This document shows, in pieces, positions 10,574-21,120 of a stretch of 32,000 nt of DNA; the stretch's first letter is position 1, and each line of letters opens with the position of its first letter. This DNA comes from Amoeboradix gromovi X-113. Taxonomy: Eukaryota > Fungi > Sanchytriomycota. The stretch covers positions 1 through 32,000 of the forward strand of contig JADGIF010000031.1 of NCBI GenBank assembly GCA_018985225.1. The letters run 5' to 3'. The translations under genes were made by a program, and so were the position numbers. Under the pieces are notes generated by a model. The model worked only from the letters and a program-made list of their open reading frames with translations. It was not told the DNA's origin and searched no databases.

Positions 10574-11346
10574 TTTGAACAATTTGAAAGATATAATATA
10601 ATAAATATTTAGCACTAGAATGCAGAATGTTTTATGATTATTTACTAACTGCTATGTTAGCACAGCGTTAAGAAAGGGAGAAGATTTCATTGAAATTTCT
10701 TTAGCAATTCACAAAGAATACTAATCAGCTTATTACGCCATTAAACTAAGCTAACTTGGGCTATTTCAGAACGAAAGACGGAAGAAACACAATATTCACT
10801 TAAGCAAGTTAGATCCCTCCCTAAACTTTGCGCTTCTGATGCGTTTATCTTTACCATTGAGGTATGTGTTTCTAAATTTCTGTTCCAAGGCCTTGCCACA
10901 TGTGGAGAGAGCAAAGCTACTCACTATGATAGACAACAGTAGACTTGTTGACCTGCTCATTTATGGGTACAGTATATGCTGACTTTTGGTGGAATGATAC
11001 ACCTTTAGACAAATACAAACCACCCAATACTGCATTTTTGAAAGGCATTTCAACACTCGAATGTTATTTTAGTCGATTGAGAAAGACATCTACCACTGCA
11101 GTCTGCCACTTTATGTTACATCAGTTCCTGAACTGGCATAATATCAATAACACTCGGAGCTTACTAGACGTTTTACTATCATTACCGCTTGACTATTTTC
11201 TCGAATAAATAATTTATCGCGAATTTGTATATATTTTTGTATCATTTCAAGACTTTTCCAGATTTTTCTAATAGCTTAAACACTCGATATTCTTCCTTTC
11301 GCAAATGGTAAATCAATTCTAAATAAATAATTAACAGGTACAGGAT

Positions 11347-11649
11347 ACAAAGACATATGATCTTATATACTTGCCATCGTTTAATACTAGTCAAATGATA
11401 AGTAGCTTGTCGAGCAAGGTCGCAAGAAGCATGGCTACAGTGTCCCATTACGCATTCAAGGAACGCTTTAAGCTCAAGTGCAAACAAAGAGGAAAGACGA
11501 TGGTTGAATGTAATGAATCATTTACTAGTCAGACATTAACAAGGTATGGTACTTTAAAGAAAACTAATTTGGAAACCTGAACCTGTACAAATTGTCATTT
11601 GAAGATAGATAGAGATCATATGGCAGCAAGGAACATAAACATCAAGTAG
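11347..11649 (+). pseudogene. tnpB: Fanzor2/IS607-TnpB-like RNA-guided nuclease, C-terminal fragment (RuvC-II region, Zn finger, RuvC-III)
   Basis: TKTYDLIYLPSFNTSQMISSLSSKVARSMATVSHYAFKERFKLKCKQRGKTMVECNESFTSQTLTRYGTLKKTNLET*TCTNCHLKIDRDHMAARNINIK*. Shows the ESxTSxT, CxxC and DRDxxAARNI motifs. In-frame TGA at 11578, and the first CxxC has decayed to LTRY. Confidence 0.88.
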
Positions 11650-11773
11650 ATGCATCCTTATTCAATCCCGCCTCAGGGTAGTGAAAGCGTGGGCAATCAC
11701 TGTAACGGAGATCTAGCATTGCTAGTTTCTCTTTGGAAATTCTCGATTTTCTCGGAAATCAGGTCTTTTAACG
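11650..11773 (+). ncRNA. Candidate omegaRNA (fRNA) scaffold / transposon right end
   Basis: Non-coding sequence immediately 3' of the Fanzor stop, with hairpins GAGAtCTAGC-att-GCTAGttTCTC and GATTTTC-tc-GGAAATC. The 3' boundary is a guess. Confidence 0.45.
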
Positions 11774-12296
11774 AGGAGTATCAACAGACATGAAAAATAT
11801 TTATTACGCTTTTTGAGTCTTTTGCTGAAGATAACATTTCGTCCCAAATTATTCTAAGAAATGATTGTGAATGCTGCCTCTAGTCCCTTTTGCGCCTGTC
11901 AATGATCCCGGCTAAATGGCTGCGATGTGATGTGTTAGTAAAGCCAAACAGGTGTAATCTTGTTAGAAGTTTTGCCATATCTTTGATTTTGCAAGAAATT
12001 AATTGCAGATTTCTACATGATTATAATCAAGATAACAATTTAAAATGCTAAGTAATGGCTAGATTTCATGCTCAACATATTCCAGAATATCTTATGCCAC
12101 TTTTCTTGTTAGCCAATCAGGTCGCAAGACCATCTATGAGAGAATAGCGCGCCGCATCACCAATGTTACTATCGAAGACACCAGCACACTCTATGGATGC
12201 GATATCTCGAGCAATCCACTGATAGCTCACAATGATGATGCAGATCTAGCAACATGCACTAAAAACAATCTTTACATCAATGAATGCGTAGATGTC

Positions 12297-13514
12297 ATGA
12301 ACCTTGCAGCGGGACTGAATCTTGATGTTGTGCAACCAGCTCCTATGATATCTATCGAAACCAACTGCTGTTCAAGCGCAGGAGTGACTTGTGCTGCTGG
12401 CCAAGTAGAAAAGATAGAATGGCCAAACATGTACTTGAATGGCACAATTGACACCAGCCATATCTCATCCAATCTAACTGCCTTGGACTTGAGTCAGAAC
12501 AGTATTACTGGATCAGTTCCAGAGGGTATGCCAACCTCACTCGTAAACTTGACCCTGCACTCCAACAATCTCAGTGGTGTAACCCCCTCAGATCTTCCTT
12601 TGAGCCTACAACATCTGGATCTGTCAGACAACATGATCAATGGCTCAATTCCGACTGTACTACCTACTGGTCTGCTATCGCTGCTATTGAACAAGAACAA
12701 GCTGTCAGGATCGTTGCCAAGTAGCATTCCATCGGGTCTTGTCAGTCTAGATTTCAGCAACAACAATCTGTCAGGACCAGTACCAGATCTTAGCAGCATA
12801 GAGTACATCTATCTGAACAAAGATGTGCCTCCATACAATCAGTTCACGGGAGGTATCTCAGTATTAAAGCCAAAGGAGCTGTATGTGCCAAACAATCTGA
12901 TCACAAACATTCTCATCAACGACACTCAGCAGCTGATAATATGCAACATATCCAACAATCCACTGCTGGCTCACATTAATGATACATCCCTTTCAAGCTG
13001 TATAAAGGATGGACTTTATAACCAGAGCACAGCACCGCCATTAATAGGCACTTTAGACCTAAGCACAACGAGTGACTACAAAGAAAGCTTGCAAAGTGTT
13101 TCTACATCGATACTGACAACCAGTTTGCGCAAATTGAAAACAAGCACGACAGCAGCCTCTATAGATACAGTCTCGATGGTCGATGAATCTCTCGAGTCTA
13201 TCTTCAGATCGAGGTCCTTGAGAACGAGGCCAAGACAGCAGAGTGCAACAGTCACTACGCAGTATTACACGATCGGTTCTGATATTACTTCTAGCAACAC
13301 GCTACAGTCTGTTGTCCTCAACTACAACACGGGAAAGCTCAACATGACCATTCTTTGGAGCTATTTTATCATTGGCAGATGTGTGCTTAGTGTGATGGTG
13401 GCCATAGCAGTGCTATACTACACACCATTTAGACGAACCATAAAGGGATGGAGGCTGATCCAGGCTAAAAGCAGTAAAAATACAAATAAAAGCCAAGGCA
13501 AAGCCTTTGGGTAA
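12297..13514 (+). CDS. LRR receptor-like surface protein (Cys-capped LRRNT, plant-type LRRs, S/T stalk, C-terminal TM), 5'-truncated
   Basis: NCCSSAGVTC cap, LxxLDLSxNxLSGxxP repeats, a Thr/Ser-rich region and hydrophobic CVLSVMVAIAVLYY. The frame is open upstream to 12063 without an ATG and encodes the tail of a preceding module. Confidence 0.85.
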   Translation: MNLAAGLNLDVVQPAPMISIETNCCSSAGVTCAAGQVEKIEWPNMYLNGTIDTSHISSNLTALDLSQNSITGSVPEGMPTSLVNLTLHSNNLSGVTPSDLPLSLQHLDLSDNMINGSIPTVLPTGLLSLLLNKNKLSGSLPSSIPSGLVSLDFSNNNLSGPVPDLSSIEYIYLNKDVPPYNQFTGGISVLKPKELYVPNNLITNILINDTQQLIICNISNNPLLAHINDTSLSSCIKDGLYNQSTAPPLIGTLDLSTTSDYKESLQSVSTSILTTSLRKLKTSTTAASIDTVSMVDESLESIFRSRSLRTRPRQQSATVTTQYYTIGSDITSSNTLQSVVLNYNTGKLNMTILWSYFIIGRCVLSVMVAIAVLYYTPFRRTIKGWRLIQAKSSKNTNKSQGKAFG

Positions 13515-13867
13515 GTGTTTTATAATAAATTTACTTAGAAACATTTTGATTTTGATTAATTGCGCCCAATGTTCCCGAAGGGGGCTATATTAGAGGGTGA
13601 GCTTGCTATATAGCCAACTTTGGGGTTTAACCATATTGGCAAAATGTAGCAAAACAAATGTTAGCTAATGGTAATATTTACTGTTGAACGTCGAAAAGGT
13701 AAAAAAGCTATGGAATTAAACCAATTTTAAAATCAAAGTTCTTTAGCTAAATAATACTCATTTCGTCTTGAGCAATAGAGAAGTCCATGAGTATGACACT
13801 TCAAATGATACTTTTGTTCTCTTGTAGGCAAAAACTATCCTCGTTTAGTGAACTGAAATATCCTTGG

Positions 13868-13892
13868 CCAGGTACCAGAACCCCAAAACCCC
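13868..13892 (+). repeat. Short remnant of the 3' end of the 220-bp repeat
   Basis: CCAGGTACCAGAACCCCAAAACCCC vs copy 2 CCAGATACC-GAACCCCAAAACCCC. Confidence 0.55.
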
Positions 13893-13904
13893 TAGATGTT
13901 TCAT

Positions 13905-14410
13905 CTATATTCGCAATGCCATAATTGTGACAAATATTCCACCTTTTACAAGTAAAATTACCAATATAATAACATAATTGTCGCTATTCTTGATATTCGA
14001 TTGATCATTTTTAGTATTTGGCAGAAATGCAGAGCTGGTAGACGAATGATTTGCTGAATACGATTGATGCAATTGATTTACTTCGAGTACTTTTAGTATG
14101 CTTTGCATTTATCAATAAAGCGGTTGAAATATTTGTAACACCCATATCACTTGTACCAAACGCTAACGATGCATTTTTAAATTCTAACAAATTACTGGTT
14201 TTATCACAAACTACCTCGTTGAAATGGTGTTTGAACAAGATTGGAGGAAAAATGACGAGTAATTAAATTTGATGGAACAATTTTAAATATTGAAAGAGTA
14301 GATTCTTTAGAATCAGAACTAGGATTTGAAGTAGATACTAAAGACGTGGATGTATCCGAAGCTGTGGCTTGATAAGTTAATAAATCCGGCTTAGTTGTAG
14401 AATAAATTGA
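13905..14410 (-). pseudogene. Decayed Ser/Thr-rich stalk plus TM segment of a surface-protein gene
   Basis: Pieces in different frames: ...ATASDTSTSLVSTSNPSSDS... and NYVIILVILLVKGGIFVTIMALRI. Confidence 0.3.
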
Positions 14411-14614
14411 TTTTATTTATTTAATATAAGCTGCTAATCTGTACTCGTCATTGTTTTTCAGTTTTGCTTGTCTAAAATCCTGTACCTTATTTCTCTAGAC
14501 GTAAATATGGGATAATCACAAGATAATGGTCAATGATTAGATTATAAATACTTGGTCATGTCAATTTGGCTGATTAGTCATGTTCCTACTGATTTCATCA
14601 AGATCTAAAATCTT

Positions 14615-14704
14615 ATTCATTGGTTTCTGTGCGCATTGAATGAATATCTTGGATAGAAGCAAGAATCCAAGATATTCATTCAATGCGCACAGAAACCAAT
14701 GAAT
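14615..14704. repeat. Perfect 40-bp inverted repeat with 10-nt spacer
   Basis: ATTCATTGGTTTCTGTGCGCATTGAATGAATATCTTGGAT (14615-14654), loop AGAAGCAAGA, exact reverse complement at 14665-14704. Confidence 0.97.
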
Positions 14705-14869
14705 GTATGCTGTCGTTACATGTGGTCATGCATTTTCAAATATCTAAAGTCAACATGCATCATTCAAGCAACTCAATGACCTGATGCGAAATTTTTTAAC
14801 CCATTCTTGAAACCGAGGATGAGTATTCAATGAACCAAATCAGATAAACTGAACAAATTGATATATAAA

Positions 14870-15040
14870 ATTCAGTTGAATGTTCTTGCACAAAAGTTAT
14901 CTGCATATAAGAGATGGGTTAGTAACTGTTCTTAGACACTAGCACTAGCATGCAATGAGTACTAAATTGCACAATGACAGTATTCGAATGCATACAGCAC
15001 CTCATACTCGCACCAGATACCGAACCCCAAAACCCCAAAA
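14870..15040 (+). repeat. 220-bp repeat, copy 2 (5'-truncated)
   Basis: ATTCAGTTG...TCTGCATATAAGAGATGGGTTAGTAACTGTTCT...GTATTCGAATGCATAC...GAACCCCAAAACCCCAAAA. Confidence 0.9.
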
Positions 15041-15145
15041 TGTGACAGTAAAGCACTGCGCTTTGCCAAAGTAGTTTATGCAAACTTCAATTAAATTTGA
15101 ATTTGTCATTTTGTTTCGCGGAAACTTAAAAAGATTTAAGAAAAT

Positions 15146-15760
15146 TTAGTCGGTTGCAAAGATATCGTACTCGTATAGACCAGCTTTGTATTTTTCAGCA
15201 ACTTTATTTGCAACTTCAAGATATTCTAAATATCTATCACGTTTGTCTTTTTTGGCAACAGAATCTGTTCCAAAAACTGTATCGGCTTCACTCTTTAATT
15301 CCTCCATATTAAAGACTTGTTTAAAAGAGTCGCTATGAATAAAAACGTTTAAATCTTTTGACAGATACTTGTATTCCGTTCCAAAGTCTCTTTTAATGCC
15401 AAGTTCTGCACATACTTGAGTCCATGCCCTTTGGATTTCTGGTTTCTTGGATTTCAAAACTTGATGTAGATTGTTAAAAGAATACGTTCTCCAAAACTCT
15501 GCTTCAGTAATATTTAATTTAGGAACCAAGGCACGTAATAGTTTTTCATTGCACGCGTATATAATTTGTCTGGCTCTAAACTTTGCTTCAACCTCGTTAT
15601 GTTTGAGTTGTTGGTGTTCCAAATCCATTTTCAAATTGGAATGACTATGCTTCAGCATGGGTTTGGTATCTGCAAGATTTTCTGGCGACATGTTGTTTGT
15701 AATGGACTCCATTTCTTTAAAATGATTCTCGATTGGTGAATCTAAAATTTCAGAAGACAT
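15146..15760 (-). CDS. Hypothetical 204-aa protein with N-terminal coiled-coil-like segment
   Basis: Complete ORF with natural amino-acid composition; no family recognised. Confidence 0.65.
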   Translation of the reverse strand: MSSEILDSPIENHFKEMESITNNMSPENLADTKPMLKHSHSNLKMDLEHQQLKHNEVEAKFRARQIIYACNEKLLRALVPKLNITEAEFWRTYSFNNLHQVLKSKKPEIQRAWTQVCAELGIKRDFGTEYKYLSKDLNVFIHSDSFKQVFNMEELKSEADTVFGTDSVAKKDKRDRYLEYLEVANKVAEKYKAGLYEYDIFATD

Positions 15761-15836
15761 GTAACAAATGGGGTACGTGCAATCTTTTTCAAATACATTG
15801 CACCAATCAATAAAAATTAATTTTTAGAACATCACA

Positions 15837-15959
15837 ATGACTGGTGCTTACGTATTAAAATTAGAGCAAGATAAATACTACGTTGGCAAGACAAACAACT
15901 TGAAAGGGACCCTTTGTCAGATTGGGTCCCATATGATAATCTGGTCAATGTTGATTTAA
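15837..15959 (+). pseudogene. GIY-YIG nuclease N-terminal fragment
   Basis: MTGAYVLKLEQDKYYVGKTNNLK matches the YVLxLxxxKYYVGKTxNL signature. Similarity ends after about 23 codons. Confidence 0.7.
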
Positions 15960-17250
15960 ACAACACTGGCTGCTCTATTGAACTTTCAATTCAAAAAGAG
16001 ATTATTTTGTTCTCCTCGGAACTACCTTTAAACTCACAGGGCAACTTATCATATGGAAATACCGTGTTTGAGAAATTTTTAGAAGAGAAATCCAATTTCC
16101 CAAATAAATTTATTCGAATATTTGGCTTCTGAATAAAACAGATGAAAAAGGAGTCGCTATATTGAATGAGCTAGCGTCTAAGCACTGTTTATCTAAAATC
16201 GAAATGTTCACTAGTACAGAAAAAGACAAACATTTGACTGCCAACATTAATCCACGATTAAACTTTCGTCACCATCCAGACACTGTTCCTGCTACAACTT
16301 TATTTTATGTAGTCTGCATGCTTGGATCCGTTGCTACTGCTGCATTGCATTATTGCGCTATCAATAGGGATGCAACCTTTCAGTAGTTGGAGAGACCACC
16401 AATTTCAGAACTAGTTGTACCCTTCTTTCTTCCAGACTTTAAGTTTCGAATGCTTGATGTGCAAGACAAGGATATTATAAAAGTGTTTCTGAACCACTAT
16501 GAAATGTATGAATCTGAAGATTTAGTAGTCAATGAAAGTGAACTATACCACAAACAGACAGTGCCAGAAAACTTGACAGAATTATACGACCGCGTTATGC
16601 AATGTGAAAGGAAAAGCCTTGTTGAATGCTATAGGAGTTTAACTAATGGTGAGAAGAGTGATATGTTTTTAACGAATACATTTTCTTGCTTTTCTAAATT
16701 TGGTCTCTATGGGAAGGAGTATATAGAGGTGGACACGCATATAGAATTTACTCCAGATCCCAAAGCAATGATTCCGATTATTAACCTTTTAGATAGAAAT
16801 TGTACACCGAAAAGATATCTTGTTTGTACTACAGTGAAGAAATCGAATATTAGTGATATTTCAGATAATTTATATTGCGGATCCTATCGCATGGTTTCGA
16901 AGACCTACATGGCAATAAATATTCCACTTTTGAAAATATTGTTGAACGAATGCAGCGATACAGATTTAAGAGATCAAATTGGATATGAAATTATGGTTGC
17001 AACGGGCCGCACAACTTGGTATTGGGAGCGTGTCGGGCAGTGGTGTGATATTATTGAACTACTATTTAGTCCAGAAGAGTTTATGAACAGATTCATAAAA
17101 TTCTTCAAGAAAAAAGTGACGGCAGGTCAACTAGCTGAGATCTTCTCAGATAAGCCTTATAAGATTATGAATAGCTTTCAAAGAAATGAAATCAGGGTAG
17201 CGACGATGACTTGTTTAGATTTGCTGAAATCTAATTTGATTGTACAATAA
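15914..17250 (+). pseudogene. Hypothetical gene of about 445 codons split by a frameshift (about 16130) and an in-frame TAG (16384-16386)
   Basis: Track ORFs 16162-16386 and 16387-17250 abut in the same frame. ORF 15914-16132 joins them through a 1-nt shift (FGF/LNKTDEKG). AATAAA follows the final stop. Confidence 0.6.
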
Positions 17251-17529
17251 CTGAATAAACCTATTACTATATAACTGCCAATATTCTATTTAGTGTTTGA
17301 TACACCATCGACACTATTAGCTAACGCATGAGCCCCATATCCTAACATCGCGATAACACGTTTCCTGGAAACGAATGATAATGCTGAACCCTAAAACCTC
17401 TAAGAATCTTTTTCTGCACCAAGATCCATAGCAGACAGTTTTTTTGTGCATTCCTTGACCCAATCAATGCTCATGTTTGCTTTGAGTGCCCTCGGAGCGA
17501 TTAGAAATTGAGCTTGCCATCGCAATGCT

Positions 17530-18063
17530 ATGATACTCATTTATTTTCAAATGATATTTGCATTGCCAAAATTTGTCATCCCGCGGTACCAATCAAAATC
17601 TTCACTCATTACTCAAATTCTAACCACTGGTAAGTTATTTGATAAATACCGTGAGCTTCATTATCCTGCGGCGCTACAAGGGTTGCCAGAAAGCTTAAAT
17701 AGATAAAACTTGGAAAACAAGTCAAAGAACGACTTGAAGAAATTGAGTGATAAATACACTTTCCAAGCCGCGAGGTTGAAGCATGCGATTTCCGCTCATA
17801 CTTATCAAAATGGCAGTAATATTTGGAAAACCATTATGAGGGAAAATCCCGATTTGAGAAAGATTCAAAGCTTTTCAATCCACGGATTCAGATTTAATCT
17901 CGCCCATAATACGATTGTGCGATCAAATGGGGATTTTGCCTACAATCAAAATGGTGAGTCTTTAAGAAAGCAAACTATAACGCATAACTTACAAGGTATG
18001 AGGAGTGGATTTCCATCGAGATCCGCTGCTATTCAACCTACGCGTGTTGTCGTGCGACCTTAA
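17530..18063 (+). pseudogene. Secreted-type protein with short signal peptide, interrupted by one TAA (17704-17706)
   Basis: MILIYFQMIFA-LPKFVIPRY...ESLNR*NLENKSKNDLKK... in one frame. Confidence 0.6.
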
Positions 18064-18386
18064 TAAATCAAGAATTTAAAGCCAAAAATGGTATTTGAGA
18101 AACTTCATATGCTGGGAGCGTTGCAACAGAGTTTTCTTTCGTAGCAACTGATTCAACGGTATTTTTGCGTACTTTTTGACAAGTTTTGTCTGAAGCACTT
18201 GATACCTTTTCTGTTTCACAATATTAAATTCCCATTTTGAAATCCATTGTCTTAATGATTTTAAATTTGATGCAACTATTTTAATCTTAAAATCATTCAG
18301 CTACGTTCTTTACTTTTGTCATCCGCCTTACTCAACATTTTCACTTTCGTTAGAATTTGTTATATCGGAAACTTGTTGGAGGCAAC

Positions 18387-18877
18387 ATGTCAGACAACAT
18401 AATTGAATTCAGAGATTCTTCCAATAATAATAGGTATTGGCATGAGACTACTCTAGGAGAGATGAAAGCCATTTTTAAAACTTTTCAAGATATGTCTATG
18501 AAAATGAATGGCATAGAAACTAAGAAATTGTTCTTGTTGCAGTATTTGCGTGAGAAATACAAACTTGATCCAAACGACTGCTACCAGAAGCTCTTTTGAT
18601 AACAAGCAAAAATGACAACAAGATATTACCAAATGCGCGGCTGTGCGATGGCTATTCATTTCAAGTAGAAATCTCAAAAGAAATGCCTGTCGGGGCAAGC
18701 GCGTTGCTATAGTTGTCCAAATATAAATCTGTGGTACGATACCTTTCAAAATATACTCCAGATGAGCTCATATTATTTGGTGTTACCGTTTTAGCGTATG
18801 CTGTTAGAGACCAAGGTAGAGTATTAGCCAGTAGTCTTTACAACGGGTAAAAGCAAAGCATTCAAAAAACAAGCTAG
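18387..18877 (+). pseudogene. Hypothetical gene with a T-run frameshift (about 18595) and in-frame TAG (18710) and TAA (18848)
   Basis: MSDNIIEFRDS...CYQKLF / LITSKNDNKILPNARLCDGYSFQVEISKEMPVGASALL*LSKYKSVVRYL... Confidence 0.4.
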
Positions 18878-20161
18878 ATTTATTTACTAGCTCTTATGAT
18901 GACTTCAGATCCAAATGTGTTTTGATAGGAACAATTTTTGCAATTCTAACTTCGACATAGGTATCCTTGTAGTAATCATTTACAATAGACATCGATTGCA
19001 GCTTGAATAAACTGCACCAAAAAAGATCAAATCCGTCGAATTTCGACATAATAGCAGTGTGCAATATTGGCAGACCCAGTCTAAGCTGTAATTCGGTTCA
19101 GTCTTGGAAATACTGTGCCATCAGCCATAATTTGCATTCTGCATCCGAGAACATATATTTATGTACGCTATTATTAACATCATTATGCAAGAGCTCTTTC
19201 TCTGTTCTTAAGTTGTAAGATGTTGATCTACTGCAAATGGCTATCCCAGATATCGCGTGAATGTATAACAATGAACCAAGTTACGTCTTCCCAAAGCACA
19301 ACTGATTCAAAGTCAACAAAATCTCTTGCTTTCATCAACCCATTATAGTCGTTTCTTTGTACAACTCTCACATTGTAGGGAATCTGTAGACGTGTTATCT
19401 CGTGTATTCGCTGATGCCACAAATACTCTTTAAGAATATGTTAGAGTGAAAAGGGTGAATTAAACCTCGTAACTGAATTTGACCACTGTTTTTAATACAC
19501 TTTATACATCGCTGCTCTGACCATATGTTGTCTTGAATTGATTTATACTTTAGATATCAAATGAAATGGGTAACATTGCACCATAAGATTTAATCATTTC
19601 CTTGCAGATATCCGTCCCAACAGTCTGGCTTTCTTTAATTTTCTCTATTGAGCTTTCCTCAATATTTTTCATTCATCGAATCGTATAAACATAATTGTGA
19701 AGAAACGTTCTTAACTTGAGCTTAAAAATCTTTTAATTTAGTTATACAATTTAGAGAACTATCATCTTCCTCCAGGAAACATTTGCCATGTTCTGACACA
19801 TTTTTGCAGTTGAACCAGATGTATATTTTAAAAATATTTGCAGATCTCTGAATGACTTTTGAATTATTTCTAGTGGAGTTTGCATATCATCTGTTATTAA
19901 AGAGTCCATAGTACTGTATTTTTTCGTCTCATCAATCGGGGAGGGGGGTACTGCCTTGACAAACTCAAATAACTCTGATCTCTTTATTCGGTTTAAATCG
20001 AACAAGAAAATCTTTGAACATTTTAACGATTTTTATTATAACCTGCTTTTTGTAAGACAATCTCAAAATCTGAAAATAGTTGCCGCCTACAGTATTCTAA
20101 TTAGCCAAGATAAATAGTGAATGAGTGAAACTACCCCAAAACTTCAAAGAGTCCAACAGAT

Positions 20162-20832
20162 ATTGTGACAATAGACAAGGTTTTGATACAAGCTTGCCAT
20201 TTCTTTTACAGATATAATCCCCAAAACGTGGAAGTGATTAAGGAATTATCTTAACCTTCAGCTTCCATTGCAAGTAAACAAAGTGGTAATAAATATCAAT
20301 TCGAGAAGAATACTGCTATGATTCACGCATTGGACGCTTTTAAAGAATATTGATGTGTTGGCTCAGGACCGGATATCAAGCATAGCGTGAAACTTATGCT
20401 GACTCATTCTCTCAGAAGATCGAAAATTTCAAACTTGACTTGTTCTTCAAACTTATACTTAGGTTCCCATTTAAAGCATGAAAAATTGAAAAATAATTTT
20501 GCTGACCTCGCAATTGGAATTGCAACAAGCCCCATCGTTAAAAATGACAAGGTTGTGGTCGATTTTGAGAATCTCCCTTGTTTAGTAGTTCAAGTCAAAA
20601 AGGACTAGTATTTAAAACTGAACACTTTGAGCAGCTCAAAATCTATATAAAGATAACAAATTCTAAATTTGGAGTACTGACTAATTTTTCGGAATGGCGA
20701 CTTTACAAAACCAAAGAGGGACAACTTAGTGATAAGCCAGAAAAAGTCTTGTTTATTGGCCAGCAATTAGGAAAAGATGTATCGGAAGTTTCCTCTCTTG
20801 TCCAGGAATACATCAAAAAAATAATGGCTTGA
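20162..20832 (+). pseudogene. PD-(D/E)XK restriction-endonuclease-like (HsdR_N / Crinkler REase-like) domain gene, degraded
   Basis: ADLAI...PCLVVQVKK / ...EQLKIY...KFGVLTNFSEWRLY. Frameshift in the A5 run at 20597-20601; upstream in-frame TAA and TGA. Confidence 0.6.
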
Positions 20833-21120
20833 TGCGTATGGTTAATAAATAAACAATAAATAACAAATTAATTAATAACTGTACACTTTATTCAATAAAT
20901 CATTATTTATATCAAATGGCATCTGGTGCTAATTTTCTACTATCTTTCACTTTATGAAATATCTCTTCTGCTCTATTAATATCAAACACGATCTTTTAAA
21001 CATAAAACACAGAATGATATTTTCATCCCAGTTGCCCTAATATACTGCAATGCCATACCTCATAAGTGCTCTGAATCCAAACACAATTCCACACTTTTGC
21101 TGCATTTGACAGAGTTGATT

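Noticed and set aside
18900-20050. Minus-strand ORF fragments (19228-19422, 19751-20005)
   Set aside because: Probably decayed genes, but I could not recognise a family or reconstruct a consistent frame.
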